DNA from: an uncultured Rickettsiales bacterium
GTDB taxonomy: Bacteria; Pseudomonadota; Alphaproteobacteria; Rickettsiales; RI-342
Assembly (NCBI GenBank): GCA_964538615.1
Contig: CAZIGK010000002.1
Span: 72,655 to 136,654, forward strand
Direction of reading: 5' to 3'
DNA length: 64,000 nt
This document shows positions 37,969-45,867 of this stretch, piece by piece; position 1 is the stretch's first letter; the number at the start of each line of letters is the position of its first letter. The position numbers were made by a program, and so were the translations under genes. The notes under the pieces were generated by a model. That model was not told where the DNA came from. It ran no database searches and was given only the letters and a program-made list of their open reading frames with translations.

Positions 37969-38055
37969 GACGTTTACTCCTTTATAATGCCTCTGGAAAT
38001 GGATGCTGTATTTGGCTTACTGGGTTGAATAAAAATGATGGCTAACCATGTGTCC

Positions 38056-38760
38056 CTAACTGGTGACCGCAGGTTTAGTGGCTTTAATGGAGGTGATGGA
38101 ACTCATGGGTACGCCGTATTTGCCAATGAGCAGCACTGGCTCTTCGGATTCCATGTAGACACCATCTATGATGCCACTGACCGTAGTGGAAAGTTCTTTG
38201 GGGCTGCCGTTACTATCCAGTATAGAGACAGTCACGCTATACATGCCATCCGGCTGCTGGTTGCCATCCGTTCCTTTGCCATCCCAGGTGAAACGATGCA
38301 CACCAGGGCCATACCATGCCGGGTCATCGAAGGCTTTTTTGTACACCAGTGCGCCTTTTTCGTTGTAGACAAAGATTTCGCCCTGACGGACGGCTTCTTC
38401 TACGGTGAAGCTGATATCGGTCGAGCCATTGTACAGTTGCGTGACATTGCCCACCGTCTCTACGGATTTGCCAATATAACTAACGGGATCGTAATTACCT
38501 TTTGAGCTTAGCTCGATCAGGTCATCCAGTTTTTTATTGGTATTGATGCTTTGTTCCACCTCCGTGAAGGCGACAATCTGGTTGGTGAATTCCGAGGCAT
38601 CCTGAGGATCTGTGGGATCCTGATTTTTCAATTGTGTGGTAAAAAGCGTCAGAAAGCTGCTGAAATCCTCCGCCAATTGGGAAAGTCCGGCATCCGAAAC
38701 TTTTTTAGCGGTTTCCTGTGTTTGCTGGGTTGTCAGGCCTGTTGCGACTGAAGTGACCAT
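38056..38760 (-). CDS. flgD: Flagellar hook assembly/capping protein FlgD
   Basis: FLTLFTTQLKNQDPTDPQDASEFTNQIVAFTEVEQ, plus a C-terminal FlgD Ig-like region. Confidence 0.9.
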   Translation of the reverse strand: MVTSVATGLTTQQTQETAKKVSDAGLSQLAEDFSSFLTLFTTQLKNQDPTDPQDASEFTNQIVAFTEVEQSINTNKKLDDLIELSSKGNYDPVSYIGKSVETVGNVTQLYNGSTDISFTVEEAVRQGEIFVYNEKGALVYKKAFDDPAWYGPGVHRFTWDGKGTDGNQQPDGMYSVTVSILDSNGSPKELSTTVSGIIDGVYMESEEPVLLIGKYGVPMSSITSIKATKPAVTS

Positions 38761-38775
38761 ATACCGTTCCTTCCT

Positions 38776-40440
38776 TTATACCCGAATATCCACGTTGCCT
38801 TGCGTACTGAAGGCGTACAATGCTTCTGCAACCGAGAGAACGGGTGCATCCAAATCCATGCCACTGTTGGCGGATGATTGTTGCATCATATGAGCAAAAT
38901 CATCCTGCTGTGCGGAAGCCTGATGCTGCGAGCCATGGTGACCAAACTCACCACCAGATTGACTGCCGCTGCTAAAACTAAACTCCGCCTGCTGATTTTC
39001 AAATTTCAGCCCGGCATCCTGCAACATGCGTTGCAGTTCTTTGCTATCCCGTTGCAGCATGTCCATAGTATCTACACTATCGGCATGAATGCTGATGCTG
39101 CGAATGGTATCATCCCGCATGCTGATACGAATATCTACACCGCCCAGCTCTTCAGGATGCAATTGCAAACGAATGCTATCCTGCCCAGTGGCCGCCGCAT
39201 GGCGAATATGCATAAGCACCTGATCGCTGGGGGCAGCATAACTATACAACGGACGGCTATGGCTTTGCGCTGCTTCCGGCATGGTGCGCGCCATAGCTTC
39301 CAGCGTGTGGGCAGCCGGTGGTAGTTGTATGGCTTGTGTAGGTTCCGTCGCCAGCGGCAGGTTGTGCTGCTTGGCTATGTGTTGCAGATGATCCGTAAAA
39401 CCAGCGGTGTTATCCGTGGTTGCTGCTGTTTGCGCCCCTTGAAAAGCATCCGCACCATCCTGCGCAAAGGACTGCAACAGAGAATCCCCCCCCTGCCCTT
39501 GCTGCTGCTGACTGGTGGAGGCATCATGCTGGGCAGAGGTCACGGCTGGCACATCAAGGGTAGGAGCTTGTTGCCCCTGCTGCCCTGAGGGAGCGGTAGC
39601 ACTGCCGGAAGCATATTTAGCGGTTTCCGCCACCATCACGGCAGTGGGCTGCTGCACAGCGATCCATTGCGGCAATACAGAAGCGGTTTCCACCATCATT
39701 TCTGTGGGCATGGATTCTGCTGCCGATAATTCTGCGGCCTGCTTCACATTCGCTGTCCCCATAGGCTGGCTGGCCGACTGAGGAGCGGAATCGGCGGCAA
39801 AAAGTTTCTGGCCTAGCTGCTGTTTGCGCTGCTGTATTTGCTGAATGAATGATTGGATAGCGCCATCATCCACACCGGACGCCGCCTCTGCCGGAACCAC
39901 ACCCGTTGCCACTACCTGCGGCTGCACTGCATCCGCCATTGTTTGCAACCACTGCTGGGTTTGCAGCCAATGATGACTGGTGACATCCGATAACGTGGCC
40001 GCACGATTATCCGTAAGATCGGTCGGTGCAGCGGCAGGCACCGCCGCATCTTTTTGCGCAAAAGCCGCTTGTAGCTGGCTTTGCACCTCCTGCGGCAATG
40101 TTTGCCACTGCTCTTGCGAAAGCATGCCTTGCAAAGCATCCGGCATGACAGGGGATACAGTTTCCGCTGGCAGCGCATTAGGAGCGGCAATTTCTGCCGG
40201 CAATGCATCCGCACCATGGAGAGAGAGCCATTGCCCGGCATTCCAGACGCTTTGATTCCCATCGGCTGGCACAGCTTGCCCGGCACTAGCATCCCCCATC
40301 AACAACCCAAGCAATCCGGCAAAGCCACCTGCCTGCCCCACACTCTCGCCCTGCCCGAACAGCCCTTGCTGTCCGGCAGCAAACGAGCCGGTGGCACCGA
40401 CCTTTTGCTGGCTGAGAAGTGAGTTGAGAATGGCGCTCAT
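38776..40440 (-). CDS. fliK: Flagellar hook-length control protein FliK
   Basis: Gln/Ala-rich disordered N-terminal two thirds. The C-terminal Flg_hook-type domain reads IRLQLHPEELGGVDIRISMRDDTIRSISIHADS...LQDAGLKF. Position is immediately upstream of flgD. Confidence 0.8.
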   Translation of the reverse strand: MSAILNSLLSQQKVGATGSFAAGQQGLFGQGESVGQAGGFAGLLGLLMGDASAGQAVPADGNQSVWNAGQWLSLHGADALPAEIAAPNALPAETVSPVMPDALQGMLSQEQWQTLPQEVQSQLQAAFAQKDAAVPAAAPTDLTDNRAATLSDVTSHHWLQTQQWLQTMADAVQPQVVATGVVPAEAASGVDDGAIQSFIQQIQQRKQQLGQKLFAADSAPQSASQPMGTANVKQAAELSAAESMPTEMMVETASVLPQWIAVQQPTAVMVAETAKYASGSATAPSGQQGQQAPTLDVPAVTSAQHDASTSQQQQGQGGDSLLQSFAQDGADAFQGAQTAATTDNTAGFTDHLQHIAKQHNLPLATEPTQAIQLPPAAHTLEAMARTMPEAAQSHSRPLYSYAAPSDQVLMHIRHAAATGQDSIRLQLHPEELGGVDIRISMRDDTIRSISIHADSVDTMDMLQRDSKELQRMLQDAGLKFENQQAEFSFSSGSQSGGEFGHHGSQHQASAQQDDFAHMMQQSSANSGMDLDAPVLSVAEALYAFSTQGNVDIRV

Positions 40441-40490
40441 GAAGCAGGTTCCAATAAAGGGTTAGAAACAAAAAGACTCAGGTTTATGAA

Positions 40491-40506
40491 AGCAATAACT
40501 ATGCCA
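40491..40506 (-). promoter_or_regulatory. Candidate sigma54 (-24/-12) promoter for fliK-flgD-flgE
   Basis: Minus strand reads TGGCATAGTTATTGCT with exact spacing. It lies about 50 bp upstream of the fliK ATG and directly after the flaG stop. Confidence 0.6.
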
Positions 40507-40512
40507 AAGTGA

Positions 40513-40902
40513 CTAGCTAACGAGGTTGACCAAATTCTGCTGCCCCAAAACATTCCGCACGTAGGAAGGAACAAGGCGAGGTTCCGGTATTTCCGTCACG
40601 GTACCGTCGATCATATTGCGAAAGCGTGTGATTAACTGCCCATCTGCATCGCGGAAAATGGTGAATTTCAAATCCCCAACCGGCATTTGCGCGGCATAGT
40701 AAGTCGCTGCCTGCCGTACCAGTTCCCGGCGTTCCTGCTCACTGGCGGGAAATTGGAAATCCTGCCCTGCATCCGGTAAAGACACGGGCTGCTGCGGCAA
40801 ATTTTGCTGCGACTGGGCCGTGGTTGCCAGATCATTGGCGGCAGAATTTTCCTTCTGGCGACCGGCAGTAAACAGACTAAGCAGAGAAGACTGGATTTGC
40901 AT
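40513..40902 (-). CDS. flaG: FlaG-family flagellar protein (copy 1)
   Basis: LKFTIFRDADGQLITRFRNMIDGTVTEIPEPRLV matches the FlaG core. It lies directly downstream of a flagellin gene. Confidence 0.75.
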   Translation of the reverse strand: MQIQSSLLSLFTAGRQKENSAANDLATTAQSQQNLPQQPVSLPDAGQDFQFPASEQERRELVRQAATYYAAQMPVGDLKFTIFRDADGQLITRFRNMIDGTVTEIPEPRLVPSYVRNVLGQQNLVNLVS

Positions 40903-40984
40903 GAAAATGGTTCCTAAGGCATGTAATGGCGCGGTGCGGTTACTGCGGGGGAGAAAGCCGTAGCCCCCTCCCTACCCGTAAGGC

Positions 40985-42688
40985 TTAACCCAGCAGCTTG
41001 AGCAGGTTTTGCGGTAGCTGGTTGGCCTGCGCCAACACCGAGATAGACGCCTGAATTTTCACCTGTTGCGTGGCATATTCGGTGGATTCTTTCTCAATAT
41101 CCGCATCCAGGAAGGAACCGCGCGCTGCGTCCTGATTCTGAATGGCGGTTTGCAGGTTATTGGCCGTGTAATCAAAGCGAGATTGCAGCGCCCCCACATC
41201 TGCCCGCACCGAGGTAAGATAATTAATAGCATTATCAATGACGGTGCTGGCAGCTTGCGCGGATTCTACGGTGAGGATGTTCAGACTCTCCCCCCCATAG
41301 AGAGAGTCCGTATCGCTATTACGGATCTGCACATCAATTTTATCATCCACCTTGGATCCCGTCTGGAAGGTCAGGCGGGTATCGCCCGTATTAACGCGGA
41401 ATGCCACCTTCAGTGCATCTTCCAGCTTGGTCGCATTACTCGTGTTGGTGATGGCGCCAATAGTCGCTGTGGAACCCAATACCCACTGGAAGTAGATGCG
41501 ACGATCGGCTGTGGCAATCCCCCCTTCCGTGAAGGTCATAATATCCCCAGGTGCCGGTGGATCAATGTTCCCGGTCGCGGGAATGGTATAAGTAAATTTG
41601 GCGCCATCAATCACAATATCAATCAGGCCGGTATTGACACCATCCGCAGGTCGAACCTGAACATCGGTCACCAGATTATCTTCAAACCCAAAATCCCGCA
41701 TGTAGGCGACACCGCCTGCCAGAATACCGGACATATCCACATCCAGTTGCCTGTTTTGGGCAAACTCTACCTTGCTCAGCACATTGTTCAGGCGGTTGGC
41801 ATAAGTATCCGCATCATCCTGGTTGGCAACACCGGGAGATACAGCAAGGTTCAGCCCCAGCGTCCCCCCTTCTGCCACACCCGTTTCCAGATTATACCCG
41901 GTCAACGCTTGCGAAGCTGCCAATGCCGTAGGATCAACCACCCCACGATATTCAATATTACCAACAACAAGGCGAATGGTCAGTTGTGTTGCACTGACAT
42001 AGGTCACTTCAAAGCCCGTGCTTTGGCTCAAGTCACCAACAAAGGCCGGATTATTGGCAATGGCACTGGTATTCAGACCGCTGGTGGGAGCCGCAGCAGG
42101 AGTGATGGCATCTAGCAGAGGGTCAATCTCTGCCTGAATCACACCATCTTTCAGTTCCGCAACGGTTCCCAGAAACTCGCTGTTCGCTAACAAACCGATT
42201 GCCGCAATAGCCGTGTTGTTGTCACCAATGGTCAACTCATCTGTCTGAATATTCGCGGCGTCATACAGGCTGCCGTTCAGCAATACCACATCATTAAAAC
42301 GGGTATTGGCAACCAGACGATCAATTTCCTGCGTCAGATTTTGAAACTCCTGATTCAGGAACCCGCGCTCGGATGCGGAGAGCGTCCCGGAGGTGGATTG
42401 AACCGCCAACGATTTTTGCCGCTGTAGAATCTCTCCGATATTGGCCAAACCACCATCCGCAATATTCAACAGGGTGTTGGCCTGAAAGGTATTGGTCAGG
42501 GCGGTACGCAAGGTATTCACACTGGTACGCAGCACCGTACCAATGGACAGACCGGCCACATCGTCCGCAGAACGTACAATACGGTTACCACTGGAGAGGC
42601 GACCGATAGCGTTGGTTGTTTTGTCATTTGCCGTACGCAGATTGTTCTGCGAAAAATATGCGGCAATATTTGTATTGATGCCTACCAT
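40985..42688 (-). CDS. Flagellin (copy 1, 567 aa)
   Basis: N-terminal D0/D1 region MVGINTNI...LSSGNRIVRSADDVAGLSIG...LQRQKSLAVQS. C-terminus SISVLAQANQLPQNLLKLLG. The central variable domain is large. Confidence 0.95.
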   Translation of the reverse strand: MVGINTNIAAYFSQNNLRTANDKTTNAIGRLSSGNRIVRSADDVAGLSIGTVLRTSVNTLRTALTNTFQANTLLNIADGGLANIGEILQRQKSLAVQSTSGTLSASERGFLNQEFQNLTQEIDRLVANTRFNDVVLLNGSLYDAANIQTDELTIGDNNTAIAAIGLLANSEFLGTVAELKDGVIQAEIDPLLDAITPAAAPTSGLNTSAIANNPAFVGDLSQSTGFEVTYVSATQLTIRLVVGNIEYRGVVDPTALAASQALTGYNLETGVAEGGTLGLNLAVSPGVANQDDADTYANRLNNVLSKVEFAQNRQLDVDMSGILAGGVAYMRDFGFEDNLVTDVQVRPADGVNTGLIDIVIDGAKFTYTIPATGNIDPPAPGDIMTFTEGGIATADRRIYFQWVLGSTATIGAITNTSNATKLEDALKVAFRVNTGDTRLTFQTGSKVDDKIDVQIRNSDTDSLYGGESLNILTVESAQAASTVIDNAINYLTSVRADVGALQSRFDYTANNLQTAIQNQDAARGSFLDADIEKESTEYATQQVKIQASISVLAQANQLPQNLLKLLG

Positions 42689-42747
42689 GGCGTCTACTCC
42701 CGAGGTTGAGGGTGCTACTGCACCGATGTTTCAACTGACAGAGTAGA

Positions 42748-42763
42748 AGCGAGAAGCGTGCCA
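42748..42763 (-). promoter_or_regulatory. Candidate sigma54 (-24/-12) promoter for flagellin copy 1
   Basis: Minus strand reads TGGCACGCTTCTCGCT. The -24 element is perfect and the -12 element is TCGC, at exact spacing. It lies about 60 bp upstream of the ATG. Confidence 0.45.
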
Positions 42764-42874
42764 AAATGTAATAAACATTATAAAACAAAAGAATAAACAT
42801 TTATTGAGACAGAATTTTCCCAACTTTCATAGGCAGACCATATGAACAGAACGGTCTGGGCAGACAGAACAAAG

Positions 42875-42908
42875 AAAAAACTGCCGACTCTGCAATCGGC
42901 AGTTTTTT
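42875..42908. terminator. Bidirectional rho-independent terminator after fliS
   Basis: AAAAAA-CTGCCGA-CTCTGCAA-TCGGCAG-TTTTTT. Confidence 0.65.
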
Positions 42909-42950
42909 CTTTCTTTGAAGCTTTGTTGTCTTTGCTTAGGCTTAATCGCC

Positions 42951-43445
42951 TTAAACGGTTGCCCCCAGCAGGCTACCAATATTCGGCGCATGATCCATCA
43001 GTGCAGAAGAAGACGCGATACCAGAATAGACAGACGGGGCGGCATTGTGCGAACCCGCCGCTTTTTCACGGGCATATTCCGCATCCACCTGACGCCAGGC
43101 GGCTGCCATTTCCTGTAATTGACGGATAATTTCATCACAGTCATTCAGACTATTGCTCTGCTGTACATTCATCAGCAGGAACATCAGGTCATTATAATAT
43201 TCATACAGCACTTCTGCCACATGGCCGCCCTGCGCAAAATCCAGAGACCCTTGCAAGCCAATCAATACATCATTTACTTTATTACATAAATGGAAGCGTT
43301 CTTCAATTTTACCGCATTCAATAGCCACTTTAACCTGCTGCATGAACTTTACCATACCATCATACAGCATCACCACCTGACGGGTTTTGCTTAAGGTCGT
43401 TGCATTTGCCGTTTTATAGGCATTATAGGCATTAAAATGGTTCAT
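42951..43445 (-). CDS. fliS: Flagellar export chaperone FliS (with ~35-aa C-terminal extension)
   Basis: AYNAYKTANATTLSKTRQVVMLYDGMVKFMQQ and a four-helix-bundle pattern. Length is 164 aa versus about 125-135 typical. Confidence 0.85.
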   Translation of the reverse strand: MNHFNAYNAYKTANATTLSKTRQVVMLYDGMVKFMQQVKVAIECGKIEERFHLCNKVNDVLIGLQGSLDFAQGGHVAEVLYEYYNDLMFLLMNVQQSNSLNDCDEIIRQLQEMAAAWRQVDAEYAREKAAGSHNAAPSVYSGIASSSALMDHAPNIGSLLGATV

Positions 43446-43525
43446 TTGCGTCTCCTTTCCCTACTTGGGGCCACGTTCTGTGGCGTCTCCTCATACCTTG
43501 AGGAACGGTACGTATTCACCTGCGC

Positions 43526-45286
43526 TTACTGCGCGTTACGGGCATTTGCCTGTGCATCCAGATATTGCAGGATGGAGTTCACTTTAGCAATGGCCTGCTC
43601 CAGCGCAGAAAACTTATCTAATAGAGTTTGCCTGTAATTCTCTATTTGTTCGTTAATACGGCCAATTTCTTCTTCCAGACGGACCGAATTTTCTTGAAGG
43701 GTCGTTTTTTCCGTATCAATCAAACCAGTGCCATCTGCCGTAATATCGCGGGCTGCCACGAAACTCATATCGGCCAGCCCTTGGGTCAGTTTCACATTGA
43801 TACTAGCATCCACAGTATTGGCATAAATAAATGTCAGGCCTTCAAACTCTGTCCCTGCCTGCCCTTTCAGGGTGACACCACCGGAATAGGTTGAATAATC
43901 CAGTGCGACGGTTTTGAGTACTCCGCCGACGGTAAAGACCGCTTCTGCCGTGCCTGCTACTGTATCCACATTCACGGTGAATTCATTGACCTGCACCCCT
44001 TTTTGACTTTCAAACACATAAAAGTCACTGTTGTTGGATGTCATTTGTAACTCAAACAGGCTTCTGACGCCACTCATATTGGTGCTAAGAGCATCACGAA
44101 GAGCGTCCGTATCTATTTCCAGCAGGTTGGTTGCGGGGGGATTTTCCGCATCGCCTTCAAAAGCTACGAAATTAATGCCAATATCCCGCAAGTTTTTAGG
44201 GGCACTTGCCTCTAATCCGCCGACAATAGAGTTAATGGCGTTGTTAATTTTGGTAGAAATAGTGCGCAACATGGAATCATTGGCTAACACAGCATCTTCT
44301 GTTGGCAGCCCTTCTTCATTACGCTCTGTCTGCCGTCCGAGAAACAAACGAAACTCATTGTAGGCATTCACAAAATTGACGATGCCATTTTCCATTATTT
44401 CGGTATCGGCTTCAATTTTGGCAGTAACGGTGGTGCCACCGGTCGGTTGCTTAATGGTAAAGGACAGGCCATTTACCGCATCGGTAATGGTGTTGCTCTG
44501 GCTTTCAATCGCAATGCCATTTAGGGTAAATAATGCATTGGAAGCCGCTTGTGTATTATTGAAGCCGATATTTTCCAACACACCACCTGCCCCATTGTTG
44601 GAGGCGATGTTCACATCAAAATCAGACTCAAGCCCGGTGGTGGTGGCCGAAAATTGCAGCCTGTAACTATCTGTACCGGTTTTAATGACAGTGGCTTCTA
44701 CACCTGTTGTGGCTTTTTGAGCATTCACTTTGCTGAGAATATCATTCAGCGTATCGCCAGCTTCCAGCGTAATGAGTGTGCCGTTGATATCCAGATCACC
44801 TGCGGTAAAACGACCTGCTGTAGATGTTGGTTCCACCACAGAAGTATTAAGGTCTGTTACCGTAATGGCATCGGAGGTTTGGATTTTCGCCTTTGCCACA
44901 GTGCTAACGGTAATATCATAGTTAGATTGCGCAGCACCCGGCTGGGCCGTGACGCTGATAAAATTTTCGGCAGCGCTGGCGCTATTAGAGCTTAAAGATA
45001 CGGTGCGATATTCAAAAATATTGTCCTTGGCTGTATTCACACCGGGTTTATTACGCAAAAAACTGGCCGCCTGCTCAAAATTATCCAGAATGGATTTCAA
45101 CTCGTCATAGGCGGCAATGCGCTTACTATTCACATCCAGCTTGGTTTCTACAGAGGTGACGCTGACTTTTTTAATGGAGACCAGATCATTCACCACTTTT
45201 TCCGTATCCAGGCCGGACGCCCCACCACCGAAGACGGTTTTACCGTTGGATTGAAATGTGCTACCTAAATTGATGGAGGTAACCAT
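43526..45286 (-). CDS. fliD: Flagellar filament cap protein FliD
   Basis: N-terminal GLDTEKVVNDLVSIKK and C-terminal coiled-coil LEEEIGRINEQIENYRQTLLDKFSALEQAIAKVNSILQYL. It lies upstream of fliS. Confidence 0.85.
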   Translation of the reverse strand: MVTSINLGSTFQSNGKTVFGGGASGLDTEKVVNDLVSIKKVSVTSVETKLDVNSKRIAAYDELKSILDNFEQAASFLRNKPGVNTAKDNIFEYRTVSLSSNSASAAENFISVTAQPGAAQSNYDITVSTVAKAKIQTSDAITVTDLNTSVVEPTSTAGRFTAGDLDINGTLITLEAGDTLNDILSKVNAQKATTGVEATVIKTGTDSYRLQFSATTTGLESDFDVNIASNNGAGGVLENIGFNNTQAASNALFTLNGIAIESQSNTITDAVNGLSFTIKQPTGGTTVTAKIEADTEIMENGIVNFVNAYNEFRLFLGRQTERNEEGLPTEDAVLANDSMLRTISTKINNAINSIVGGLEASAPKNLRDIGINFVAFEGDAENPPATNLLEIDTDALRDALSTNMSGVRSLFELQMTSNNSDFYVFESQKGVQVNEFTVNVDTVAGTAEAVFTVGGVLKTVALDYSTYSGGVTLKGQAGTEFEGLTFIYANTVDASINVKLTQGLADMSFVAARDITADGTGLIDTEKTTLQENSVRLEEEIGRINEQIENYRQTLLDKFSALEQAIAKVNSILQYLDAQANARNAQ

Positions 45287-45384
45287 GTGAATGTCTCCTT
45301 CGCCATGTTAAAGCGTACAACCAGCCATGGCTGCGCTACCCGCTTTATTGGGGCATGTTAAACTTCTTGCAGGAACTTAGATAC

Positions 45385-45400
45385 AGCAAAAACTATGCCA
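45385..45400 (-). promoter_or_regulatory. Candidate sigma54 (-24/-12) promoter for fliD-fliS
   Basis: Minus strand reads TGGCATAGTTTTTGCT with exact spacing. It lies about 100 bp upstream of the fliD ATG. Confidence 0.6.
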
Positions 45401-45410
45401 GCAAAAAGTT

Positions 45411-45800
45411 TCAGCTTTCCAAACGCACCAGCGGGGCTTCCCCCCCCTGACTGCGTACGTAGAAATCAATCAGCTCTGGTTCCGGTATCTGCGTGACCGT
45501 ACCATCCGCCAAATTGGTGAAGCGCGTAATATATTCCCCGGAGCTGCTGTCCTTAAAAATAGCAAAGCTAACCCCACTCATGGGAAACATCGCCCGGTAG
45601 CTCTCCGCCGCTCGTTCCACATACTCCTGACGAGCTTGCTCGCCTTCCGGAATGCGCGGCTCTTCTTTTGCGGATTCAACTACGGGTACGGCAGCTTTTT
45701 TAGGCTCGACATAGGCTGAGGTATTACGTGCCTGCGGCTTCTGCACCGTGGTGGATGCAAATGCCTGTAATCCCGAACTGATATTTATTGTATTTTCCAT
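45411..45800 (-). CDS. flaG: FlaG-family flagellar protein (copy 2)
   Basis: VSFAIFKDSSSGEYITRFTNLADGTVTQIPEPELI. It is colinear with copy 1 and also 129 aa. Confidence 0.75.
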   Translation of the reverse strand: MENTINISSGLQAFASTTVQKPQARNTSAYVEPKKAAVPVVESAKEEPRIPEGEQARQEYVERAAESYRAMFPMSGVSFAIFKDSSSGEYITRFTNLADGTVTQIPEPELIDFYVRSQGGEAPLVRLES

Positions 45801-45829
45801 TGCTCAATCTCCTGCCCTAAAGGGAGGAA

Positions 45830-45853
45830 GGTGAGGAGCCTAAGCCCCTCACC
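45830..45853 (-). terminator. Intercistronic stem-loop between flagellin copy 2 and flaG copy 2 (attenuator or stabiliser candidate)
   Basis: GGTGAGG (45830-45836) pairs with CCTCACC (45847-45853). It is followed on the minus strand by a pyrimidine-rich CTTCCTCCCTTT rather than a clean U-run. Confidence 0.35.
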
Positions 45854-45867
45854 CAACCCTATCGGTA

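Noticed and set aside
41066-42115. 349-aa plus-strand ORF antisense to flagellin copy 1
   Set aside because: It lies entirely inside, and opposite to, an unmistakable flagellin gene. Its translation is low-complexity (Ile/Arg/Gly/His-rich) with no recognisable motif. This is the typical shadow ORF of a biased coding region.
40985-42688. Enzymatic (flagellinolysin-type) flagellin
   Set aside because: I looked for an HExxH metalloprotease motif in the large middle domains of both flagellins. Neither protein contains such a motif; they are essentially His-free.
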